A stretch of 53,112 nucleotides of DNA from a virus (taxonomy: Duplodnaviria > Caudoviricetes), in IMG/VR virus record IMGVR_UViG_3300022602_003246, positions 1 through 53,112 of that record; one strand, written 5' to 3'. Positions 45,416-53,112 of the stretch are shown here, piece after piece. Position 1 is the first letter of the stretch. Every line of letters begins with the position of its first letter. The position numbers and the translations under genes are program-made. The notes beneath the pieces were generated by a model. The model was given only the letters and a program-made list of their open reading frames with translations. It was not told the origin of the DNA and did not search any database.

Positions 45416-45813
45416 TGTTTGGATTTGCAATTTACAGAATATTCATTGTTGTAGCAGTCATAGGTGCGTTGGGTGGTTATTATTATTACACCCAAAACAA
45501 AATTGATGCGCTTAACCAACAAGTTGCCACAAAAGATTTTGCGCTAAAATCTGCAACTGCTACAATTGCCCAACAGCAAGCAGACATTGCAAAACAAGCA
45601 GAATTGTTAAACAAGGCAAATGCTGATTATCAGGCAGCACGTGACCAAGTTGCAGACTTACAAGATAAATTTAATAAAGATGGGCGTGATTTCAGCACCT
45701 TTGTTGCTGGCAACCCAGAAAAAGCTATTCAACATATCAACGATGCCAGTAAAAAAAGCTGGAGATGTATTGAAAATACAGTCAACAAGGAACAAAACGA
45801 TGGGAATTGCTAA
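45415..45813 (+). CDS. Putative i-spanin (Rz-like)
   Basis: N-terminal TM plus periplasmic coiled coil; followed by a lipoprotein gene. Confidence 0.55.
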   Translation: MFGFAIYRIFIVVAVIGALGGYYYYTQNKIDALNQQVATKDFALKSATATIAQQQADIAKQAELLNKANADYQAARDQVADLQDKFNKDGRDFSTFVAGNPEKAIQHINDASKKSWRCIENTVNKEQNDGNC

Positions 45814-46192
45814 ATTATCAGCAGTTGCTTTTTTAGGTTTAATGCTTGCAGCTTGCCAAACGGCACAACCAACCACCGCAGTAGTTACAGTAACTAAACC
45901 GCCTTTAATGATTCCAAGTGTTGATAACATTAAGATTCAGGATGTAGATTGGTATGTCATTAATAAAAATGCTAAAGCAGGTTCAGAGTCTAGCCCAGAT
46001 GCAGTCTTTGGAAAAACCCATAGTGATAGCTTACTTGCAATTACACCAAAAGGCTATGAAAGCATGGCCACTAATCAAGAAAACTTGGTCAAAGTCATCC
46101 GTCAATACCAAGCACAAGTTAAAGCGTACAAAGACTATTATAGTCAGCAGCCTATTATCAACAAGGAAGATGCAAATGGCAGTAGTAATTGA
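45800..46192 (+). CDS. Lipoprotein, putative o-spanin (Rz1-like)
   Basis: Lipobox LAAC; overlaps the i-spanin candidate. Confidence 0.55.
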   Translation: MGIAKLSAVAFLGLMLAACQTAQPTTAVVTVTKPPLMIPSVDNIKIQDVDWYVINKNAKAGSESSPDAVFGKTHSDSLLAITPKGYESMATNQENLVKVIRQYQAQVKAYKDYYSQQPIINKEDANGSSN

Positions 46193-46856
46193 TGAAGAAG
46201 AACCAATTGGTCCTCGTCGTATATTAGATGATGAGCGTGATGGCGAAACCGTGCTACAACGCAAAGATAGAGCATCGGGCACTATTGCTCCTTTAGTACC
46301 AGCACCCACACCTGTAACTGCTCCTGTTGCCTCTCCTGTTGCCGTTCCTGTTGCACCTGTTGCTGCTCCTCAACCTACTCCTGTTGCACAACCTCCAGTT
46401 GCAGCCGCGCCAGTTGCCGCACCGCCTGTTACAGTTATTGATGTAAATGGCGGCAATAATGCTGGCAATGCTATTATGGCACAACAAACTGTGCAAATGC
46501 AAAGCATTCAAGCAACTGCGCAGGCACAAGCAAGTGTTGGTTTAGCACAAACTAATATTGATGATGAAGTTGTTAAAGAACAGTTAAAGAAAGAAGAAGA
46601 ACATTGGGTAAAAGCTTATTGGCGTCCAGCAATGGGTTGGCTGTATATGCTTATATGCCTATGTGATTTTATCATATTCCCTGTTGTTGCAATGTTCTTG
46701 CCAGTAATTTATAAAGGATTTGGTTTACAAGCAAACTATGTTGCTTGGCAAAGCTTAACGCTAAGCAATGGCGGTCTTATCCATCTTGCATTTGGTGCAA
46801 TTCTCGGTGTAAGTGCTTGGACTCGTGGTCAAGAAAAACTTGCAAAGATGAACTAA
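46176..46856 (+). CDS. Putative holin (3TM/GTA-holin-like) with Pro/Ala-rich N-terminus
   Basis: WRPAMGW...GAILGVSAWTRGQEK. Confidence 0.6.
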   Translation: MAVVIDEEEPIGPRRILDDERDGETVLQRKDRASGTIAPLVPAPTPVTAPVASPVAVPVAPVAAPQPTPVAQPPVAAAPVAAPPVTVIDVNGGNNAGNAIMAQQTVQMQSIQATAQAQASVGLAQTNIDDEVVKEQLKKEEEHWVKAYWRPAMGWLYMLICLCDFIIFPVVAMFLPVIYKGFGLQANYVAWQSLTLSNGGLIHLAFGAILGVSAWTRGQEKLAKMN

Positions 46857-46874
46857 TATGCTATAATTACTATT

Positions 46875-47753
46875 ATGGCAACCCATTATGAAACATTGGG
46901 CGTGGCAGAAAATGCCACCCCAGAAGAATTAAAGTCTGCATTTAGACGACTTGCTAAGCAACACCATCCAGATGTGGGTGGCGATGTTGCAAAATTTCAA
47001 CAGATAAATGAAGCATATAACACGCTAAGTGATTCAAACAGTCGTGCGCATTATGACCATACACTGCGTAATCCACAGCCACAATTTCACCAACAGCACC
47101 AAGCCTATCGCAATGCTGGCAATCCATTTGAATTTCATTTTAACTTTGGCGGTGGACCTGATCCAATGGCAGCGTTCCATGACCAATTTTTTAGCCAATT
47201 TGGATTTCATACTCGCCAACAACCACGAAACAGAAATTTGCGTATTCAAATAGATTTGCAATTTCTGGAAACACTTGACAAACTTAATAAAGTTATTGAA
47301 TTTAAAACATCAAATAATACAGAACACTTGAATATAGAAATACCCGCTGGCATTGAAGATGGTTATGTATTCACCGTGCCTGGTCGTGGTGATGACGCCA
47401 ATCCTGGTATTCCTCGTGGTAATTTAGAAGTTCAAATTCGTGTCCATCGTCATGAGCGTTTTATAAAAAATAATGAAAATATTATGGAAGATATTACAAT
47501 TGATGCCTTCCAAGCAATGACAGGCTGCAATATTCCAGTGCAGCTTCCCAGTGGCAAAACCATAGAATTGCATATTCCAGCAGGCACACAACATCAAAGC
47601 CAGTTCGGTATAACGGACGAAGGGTTTCCCAGACAGAACGGCAGTCGTGGCAAGTATATTGCTCGAATTAGCATAAAAATACCTACAATTTTGACCACAG
47701 AACAGCTAAATTTAATTAGAAAAATTCAAGAATTGCGACCTATAAATACTTGA
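46875..47753 (+). CDS. DnaJ/CbpA-type co-chaperone (no zinc finger)
   Basis: J-domain with HPD, G/F region, C-terminal IPAG repeats. Confidence 0.9.
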   Translation: MATHYETLGVAENATPEELKSAFRRLAKQHHPDVGGDVAKFQQINEAYNTLSDSNSRAHYDHTLRNPQPQFHQQHQAYRNAGNPFEFHFNFGGGPDPMAAFHDQFFSQFGFHTRQQPRNRNLRIQIDLQFLETLDKLNKVIEFKTSNNTEHLNIEIPAGIEDGYVFTVPGRGDDANPGIPRGNLEVQIRVHRHERFIKNNENIMEDITIDAFQAMTGCNIPVQLPSGKTIELHIPAGTQHQSQFGITDEGFPRQNGSRGKYIARISIKIPTILTTEQLNLIRKIQELRPINT

Positions 47754-47777
47754 CAAGTCTGGAATCTGTGTTATATT
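47741..47777 (+). promoter_or_regulatory. Tandem late (TATAAATA) and sigma70-like promoters for clpA
   Basis: TATAAATA 47741-47748; TTGACA-16 nt-TATATT 47750-47777. Confidence 0.6.
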
Positions 47778-47783
47778 AGTATT

Positions 47784-50015
47784 ATGACAAATTTTAACAG
47801 CAACGGCGACCTTGAAAAAGTAGTTAAGATAGCAAAGCAGTTTGCTATTGATAACAATCACCAATATTATACAGTGGAACATCTGCTTGTCAGTATGCTC
47901 CATGAACGTGGATTTAGTCGTCTTCTTACACAAATAGGCATTGATGTTGAAAGCCTTGTGCAAGATTTGGAAAATTATATTTTTGATAATATTCCACAAG
48001 GCAAAGATTCAGTAGAACCTAAAAAGACACAAACACTTGAGCGTGTCTTTAACCGTGCTTTTACACAAGTTATACTACTTGGTCGTCAAACTATCAATAT
48101 TACTGATCTTTATCTTAGTATCAGTAAAGAAACACAAAGTCATGCTGCTTACTTCCTAAAGAAATATGGTGTTGAACCTGAAAAGGTAATGGAAGTATTT
48201 GCAAATGAGCGCAAGAAACACAGTGGCTTTAATACTGGCAGTGCGCTTGATGAATATTGTACTAATCTTAATGAATTAGTCGTTGATGGCAAGATTGATC
48301 CTGTTATTGGTCGTGCAACTGAAATTGCAGACATGACACAAATTCTTGCCCGTAAGAATAAATGCAATGTTATTCTTGTTGGTGATCCAGGCGTAGGTAA
48401 AACTGCAATTGCCGAAGGTCTTGCATATAACATTGTACATAATGAAGTTCCAAAGTTCTTGCGTGGTCACGATGTTTATAGCTTAAACATTGGTTCGCTG
48501 TTAGCAGGCACCAAGTATCGTGGTGATTTTGAAGAACGATTGCAAGAGATTATGAATGCAGCCACAGAGCGTGGTAATGTTATTCTGTTTATTGACGAAG
48601 CACATCAAATGAATGGTGCTGGCGCTGGTAGCCAAAGCAATGTTGATTTTGGCAACATGATTAAACCAGCATTGGCACGTGGCGATTTTAAAGTTATTGC
48701 TTCTACTACGTGGGAAGAGTACACCAAGCATTTTGAAAAAGACCGTGCGCTTATGCGCCGCTTTAACAAAGTAAATGTTGGCGAACCAAGTATTGAAGAT
48801 TGTAAAACAATTATGCTTGGTATCAAAACAAATTATGAAGCATTTCATAATGTTAAAATTACAGATGCTGCTGTTATTGAAGCAGTTATGTTGAGTCATC
48901 GTTATCAAGCAGATAAGAAGCTGCCAGATAAAGCAATTGATCTAATTGACAGTGCTGCTGCACTTCGCCGCACACAATCACGTGGTTCACGCACTATTGA
49001 CGTAAATCAAATCCGCCGTGAGTTGAGTCGTATTACTGGTATTCCAGAGTCACAGCTTGGTGCAGAGAATACACAGAAACTTATGCCAAATCTTGATAAA
49101 GACATTAAGGCAAAAGTTTATAACCAAGATGCCGCTGTTGATGCTGTTCTTGACCGTGTATGGGTAAGTCAAGCTGGCTTAAAGGCTGATAATAAACCCG
49201 TTGGTTCCTTCTTGTTCCTTGGACCAACTGGCACAGGTAAGACAGAACTTGCAAAGCAATTAAGTGAAAAACTTAGTATGAAGTTGTTGCGCTTTGATAT
49301 GAGTGAATATCAAGAACGGCATAGTATTTCACGGTTGATTGGTGCGCCTCCTGGCTATGTTGGATATGAAGATGCTAACCTTGCTGGCGGATTGCTTATT
49401 AGTGAAGTTGCTAAAAACCCACATTGTATCATTCTGTTTGACGAGATTGAAAAAGCACATCCAGATGTTGCACAAGTGTTGTTGCAAGTTATGGATGAAG
49501 GTTTCATCACTGGCACCAATGGTAAACGTGCTGACTGTCGCCAATCACTACTGATTATGACCAGTAATCTTGGTGCCGCTGACAGTGAACGTCTTGTTAT
49601 TGGTTTTGGTAATCAAGATCGTAGTGATGCGGTTGATGCTGCTGTTAAAGAGCATTTCCGTCCAGAGTTCCGCAATCGTGTAGATGCGATTGTTACATTC
49701 AACAAACTGGATAGCAAAACTATCCGTAAGATTGCTGAAAAGTTCATTGCCGAACTTCAAGCACAAATGTCAGGTAAAAACATCACACTTGATGTTACTG
49801 ACGCTGCTTATGATTGGCTTGTCAAGAAGGGTTATAGTCCGCTTCTTGGTGCAAGACCAATGAGCCGCACAATTCATGAACATATTAAGACTCCGCTTGC
49901 AAAGAAAATACTGTTTGACAAATCACAGAACAGTGTTACAATTAAGGTAGACTTGCTTGATGACAAGTTAGAATTGGTGGCAGAAAATGACAGTAACAGA
50001 ACAAACGCTGATTGA
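47784..50015 (+). CDS. clpA: ATP-dependent Clp protease ATP-binding subunit ClpA
   Basis: Clp N domain, two AAA+ modules (GDPGVGKT, GPTGTGKT), IGF loop, no middle domain. Confidence 0.9.
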   Translation: MTNFNSNGDLEKVVKIAKQFAIDNNHQYYTVEHLLVSMLHERGFSRLLTQIGIDVESLVQDLENYIFDNIPQGKDSVEPKKTQTLERVFNRAFTQVILLGRQTINITDLYLSISKETQSHAAYFLKKYGVEPEKVMEVFANERKKHSGFNTGSALDEYCTNLNELVVDGKIDPVIGRATEIADMTQILARKNKCNVILVGDPGVGKTAIAEGLAYNIVHNEVPKFLRGHDVYSLNIGSLLAGTKYRGDFEERLQEIMNAATERGNVILFIDEAHQMNGAGAGSQSNVDFGNMIKPALARGDFKVIASTTWEEYTKHFEKDRALMRRFNKVNVGEPSIEDCKTIMLGIKTNYEAFHNVKITDAAVIEAVMLSHRYQADKKLPDKAIDLIDSAAALRRTQSRGSRTIDVNQIRRELSRITGIPESQLGAENTQKLMPNLDKDIKAKVYNQDAAVDAVLDRVWVSQAGLKADNKPVGSFLFLGPTGTGKTELAKQLSEKLSMKLLRFDMSEYQERHSISRLIGAPPGYVGYEDANLAGGLLISEVAKNPHCIILFDEIEKAHPDVAQVLLQVMDEGFITGTNGKRADCRQSLLIMTSNLGAADSERLVIGFGNQDRSDAVDAAVKEHFRPEFRNRVDAIVTFNKLDSKTIRKIAEKFIAELQAQMSGKNITLDVTDAAYDWLVKKGYSPLLGARPMSRTIHEHIKTPLAKKILFDKSQNSVTIKVDLLDDKLELVAENDSNRTNAD

Positions 50016-50703
50016 ATATCAGGACAAGTTCAAAAACATAATTCCAGCTTGGCGTGTAAGCACCGAGGCCAAAACTTGGTATAAGCAAAAGTATAGATTC
50101 CGTTTGGAATTGGGTTGTAATGGTACTTGGCAACAAGTGCGCAGTTGGATGTGGTCTCATTCAAAGACTATTTTAGATAAAGTGCGTGACATTGATCCAC
50201 ATGCACGTGTGCGTCGAGAAGGTTATCTGCGTATTTTTACAAACAACACAGCATTGCTTGATGCGTTTCTTGACGACCCAGAAATGCGTGTTCATGTCTA
50301 CGGTTTAACAACAAGTAACACGCAGTATATTGACGAGTTGAATAATCTTGATAATATTGCGGTTGATGTAAAACTTATCCCTGAAAAGAAATATGATCCA
50401 GAAATCCAATATCAGGTTGATTTTAATACCTATTGGGGTTGGGTAGGTGGTGGACAAGGTAGTAGCAAACAATCACAAAGACAACACTTGCTTGAATTAC
50501 ATAAATTTGTAACTGATAATAACGATGATTTATTCATGCCATATCATTTGAACAATTGGTGCGAGAGTTTTAATACAAGTTATTACTATGGTGCTGTTCG
50601 TGTATTTTGTAAAAGCAGTGATAATATTCCGCTTATGTATATGATGTTCCAAAATGGCATCCACAAGATTTATAAACATGTTAAAAAGGAAAATAAAAAA
50701 TGA
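49987..50703 (+). CDS. Hypothetical protein
   Basis: 238-aa coupled ORF. Confidence 0.6.
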   Translation: MTVTEQTLIEYQDKFKNIIPAWRVSTEAKTWYKQKYRFRLELGCNGTWQQVRSWMWSHSKTILDKVRDIDPHARVRREGYLRIFTNNTALLDAFLDDPEMRVHVYGLTTSNTQYIDELNNLDNIAVDVKLIPEKKYDPEIQYQVDFNTYWGWVGGGQGSSKQSQRQHLLELHKFVTDNNDDLFMPYHLNNWCESFNTSYYYGAVRVFCKSSDNIPLMYMMFQNGIHKIYKHVKKENKK

Positions 50704-51050
50704 ATAGCAATCTTGCAAAAGCACTTATTGATCGTGGTATTATAAATCGTAGAACACGAATACTTGCTAAATGTCCAGTTCAAGCATTTGGTGGTATGCC
50801 TACCGAAGAATTGATGTTTCTAAATGTTGACCGTGTTCATCATGAAGATGGCATTTATAAGTTCATTGCAAGTCACAGAAATGGTCGCAAATACAGCGTT
50901 CCCAATGATAAAATTATTGAAATTGATGGTATGGAGCCAGTTCGTCTTGGTCTGGCGTTTGATATTAAAGCTGATGGACTCAAGAAAGGTGCTGGCAAAA
51001 AGCGTGGACGTAAGCCACGAATAAATACATTGGAGAATATCAATGGCTAA
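50700..51050 (+). CDS. Hypothetical protein
   Basis: IDGMEP.RL motif; basic KRGRKP tail. Confidence 0.6.
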   Translation: MNSNLAKALIDRGIINRRTRILAKCPVQAFGGMPTEELMFLNVDRVHHEDGIYKFIASHRNGRKYSVPNDKIIEIDGMEPVRLGLAFDIKADGLKKGAGKKRGRKPRINTLENING

Positions 51051-51213
51051 AATCTACGAAGAAGTATTAGTTATCAAAGTAAGCAAACTTGTTGCTGATA
51101 AAAGTTCAAACAATTCCAGTATCATCCGCGATGATATTGTTGAAAGTATTGAAGCAGTTGTTCAGGAATTGGTTGGCGATAGCGTAATTGTTGAAATTGA
51201 AAAAGCGGAATAA
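51043..51213 (+). CDS. 56-aa hypothetical protein (not in ORF track)
   Basis: MAKIYEEVLVIKVSKLV...VIVEIEKAE; GGAG SD; TAAATA upstream. Confidence 0.6.
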   Translation: MAKIYEEVLVIKVSKLVADKSSNNSSIIRDDIVESIEAVVQELVGDSVIVEIEKAE

Positions 51214-51215
51214 TA

Positions 51216-51587
51216 ATGGGAACTATACCACAAGTTGTATTAAGTGAAATTGATCATGGTCAAGTATATCCACCATATGATGGTGTTAGCACTACTTGGA
51301 GCAGTAATCAATTTAAAGGCAACGGTTACTATGGTTATACCGATGGTTTGCACACTGTAAGTTATAAACTTACAAACTTTATTGGTATTATTAAATTTCA
51401 AGCAACGCTACTGCAAAATCCAACTGACAGTGATTGGTTTGATATACCTTCCACCACTGTTGGTGATGGTGTAAATGGATTTACTGGTAATTATTTCTTT
51501 AACTTTAGCGGTAATTTTGTATGGTGTCGCGCACACATTACTAATTTTACCAGTGGTCAAATCAATCAAGTTCTTTACAATACATAA
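51216..51587 (+). CDS. Probable virion protein
   Basis: KGNGYYG..DGLHTV...NFSGNFVWCRA. Confidence 0.55.
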   Translation: MGTIPQVVLSEIDHGQVYPPYDGVSTTWSSNQFKGNGYYGYTDGLHTVSYKLTNFIGIIKFQATLLQNPTDSDWFDIPSTTVGDGVNGFTGNYFFNFSGNFVWCRAHITNFTSGQINQVLYNT

Positions 51588-51636
51588 AAATTCTGTCATA
51601 GTGTTCTAAGCAGATATATATTAATATCTGCAGTTA

Positions 51637-52524
51637 ATGGAAAGATCAATGACAGAACAAATTAATCAACAACAACCACCTAATCAAGATACTTTTGGTT
51701 TGCCTCCAGAGGCATTAGATTTTCTACGTAAACAACATATTCATTTCTGTCTACCAATGTATGGTGGACTTTGTAATGAAGCAACCTTTATCGCAATGAT
51801 CAAGTTTGGTATTATTGCTGGCAAGATGGGACTCAACTATAGTATTGATACAATGGTTAATGAATCACTTATTACTCGTGGTCGTAATAACCTTGTTGCA
51901 AAGTTCTTGTTTAATCAAGCTGCAACTCATCTAATGTTTATTGACGTTGATCTTGGATTTGATCCAGAAGCAATCATTCGTCTTCTTCTCGCTAATCAGG
52001 ATGTCGTCGGTGGCGTATATCCAATGAAGCGTATTCCAATTCGTTATGTTATTAACACGGTTCCAAATCCAGTTACTATGGGCGATCTTGTTGAAGTTTC
52101 TACTTTGGGAACTGGTTTCATGATGGTAAAGCGTCATGTTATTGAACAGTTAATTTCACTGCACCCAGAACTAAAGTATCGTGATAATATTGGCATCGGT
52201 GCACAATATGAGCCACTTATGTATGGACTCTTTGATACTATGATTGATAAGGATGACAATTATCTTTCCGAAGATTGGACATTCTGTTATCTATGGCGCA
52301 TGGCTGGTGGTAAGATTTTTGCTGATACTGGCATTAAACTTGACCATACTGGTTATCACAAATATGAAGGTAACGTTGAAGAACTTAAAAAAGTTCTAAC
52401 AAATCAAGTTTCAAACGGTGGACCACATCATCTTGATCCACAACAGCCACAACCACAAGCTGCCCCACAGCCACAAGCTGTTCAACCAATTAAGCTAAAT
52501 CTTAAAAAGAAGGCAAATAAATGA
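51637..52524 (+). CDS. GT-A fold glycosyltransferase-like protein
   Basis: ESLITRGRN, FIDVD (DxD), GTGFM, SEDWTFC and H-x-G. Confidence 0.75.
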   Translation: MERSMTEQINQQQPPNQDTFGLPPEALDFLRKQHIHFCLPMYGGLCNEATFIAMIKFGIIAGKMGLNYSIDTMVNESLITRGRNNLVAKFLFNQAATHLMFIDVDLGFDPEAIIRLLLANQDVVGGVYPMKRIPIRYVINTVPNPVTMGDLVEVSTLGTGFMMVKRHVIEQLISLHPELKYRDNIGIGAQYEPLMYGLFDTMIDKDDNYLSEDWTFCYLWRMAGGKIFADTGIKLDHTGYHKYEGNVEELKKVLTNQVSNGGPHHLDPQQPQPQAAPQPQAVQPIKLNLKKKANK

Positions 52525-53000
52525 GTGAAAGCACCGAATCTGTAGAGTTTAAAGTAATATTAGATAGTGTTTGGCATAATGAACCGCCAAAATTTGAAGT
52601 ATTGCTTAATGATGAACTTATAGAATACGGTGTTGTCGCTGAAAAAGAAGAAAATAATGAAGAAAAAGTAATTGCTTTTACACGCGATTTAGAAGAAGGC
52701 GAATACACTTTAAAAATTCGCCTTCTTGAAAAAAAACCAAAACACACTGTAGTTGATGAAAGCGGAAATATTCTTGCTGACCAATTATTAAACATTAAAC
52801 AAATTGAAATTGATGAAATTGAACTTGATTACTTATTCTATGCTTTAAGCAAGTTTCACAAGCAAACAAAATCAGATTCAAAAAATCCACAATTTGATGA
52901 AACACCATTAACAGATAATTATGTAAATTTAGGTTGGAATGGCGAATGGCGTTTGACATTCTCTGTTCCTACCTATATTTGGTTTTTAGAAAATTTGTAA
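52521..53000 (+). CDS. Hypothetical protein
   Basis: Coupled ORF ending GWNG.W...F..P.Y.W.LENL. Confidence 0.6.
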   Translation: MSESTESVEFKVILDSVWHNEPPKFEVLLNDELIEYGVVAEKEENNEEKVIAFTRDLEEGEYTLKIRLLEKKPKHTVVDESGNILADQLLNIKQIEIDEIELDYLFYALSKFHKQTKSDSKNPQFDETPLTDNYVNLGWNGEWRLTFSVPTYIWFLENL

Positions 53001-53012
53001 TATAATTAAATT

Positions 53013-53076
53013 ATAAATAATAGTGTAGGTCACGGGTTGCAGCCCTACCTACTCTATGTTTATAGGGAACACAGCA
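53013..53076 (+). ncRNA. Conserved structured leader, copy 3, with late promoter
   Basis: ATAAATAATAGT-GTAGGT-CAC-GGGTTGCAGCCC-T-ACCTAC-TCTAT-GTT-TATAGGG-AAC-ACAGCA-ATG. Confidence 0.75.
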
Positions 53077-53112
53077 ATGGTATTTACCAGCACTAATCCG
53101 CCAAGCGGATAT
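53077..53112 (+). CDS. 5' end of third GIY-YIG-like endonuclease (truncated by window)
   Basis: MVFTSTNPPSGY, matching the starts of the other two copies. Confidence 0.75.
   Translation, partial: MVFTSTNPPSGY

Noticed and set aside
46300-46430. CCTGTTGC-like tandem repeats
   Set aside because: They simply encode the Pro/Val/Ala linker of the holin-like protein.
51610-51631. Inverted repeat GCAGATAT/ATATCTGC upstream of the glycosyltransferase
   Set aside because: A single short AT-rich palindrome with no second copy or U tract; not enough to assign a function.
1-53112. Alternative genetic code (stop-codon reassignment)
   Set aside because: Genes are intact and tightly packed in code 11, and there is no suppressor tRNA. 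TAG is rare as a stop but does not interrupt recognisable genes.

Overview
This AT-rich, densely coding window comes from a large (jumbo-type) dsDNA tailed phage and reads cleanly in the standard genetic code. It uses T4-like late promoters (TAAATA/TATAAATA) and sigma70-like early promoters. It contains five tRNA genes and RNA repair enzymes (Rnl1-type ligase, separate kinase and HAD phosphatase). Other genes include three radical SAM proteins, SpeD, a sugar C-methyltransferase, a putative restriction-modification pair, a GH19 endolysin, spanin/holin-like genes, virion proteins, a DnaE fragment, clamp loader, PhoH, MazG, IF-1, IscA, GroES, DnaJ and ClpA. Five free-standing endonuclease genes are present, one of them cut by the window end. 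Two observations stand out. (1) A tRNA-Leu(UAA) gene has a 50-nt insert in its anticodon loop that itself folds like a miniature tRNA. (2) A conserved ~65-nt structured leader, with compensatory base changes in three helices, lies between a late promoter and the start codon of all three GIY-YIG-like genes. All protein calls come from recognising motifs by eye; no database searches were run.
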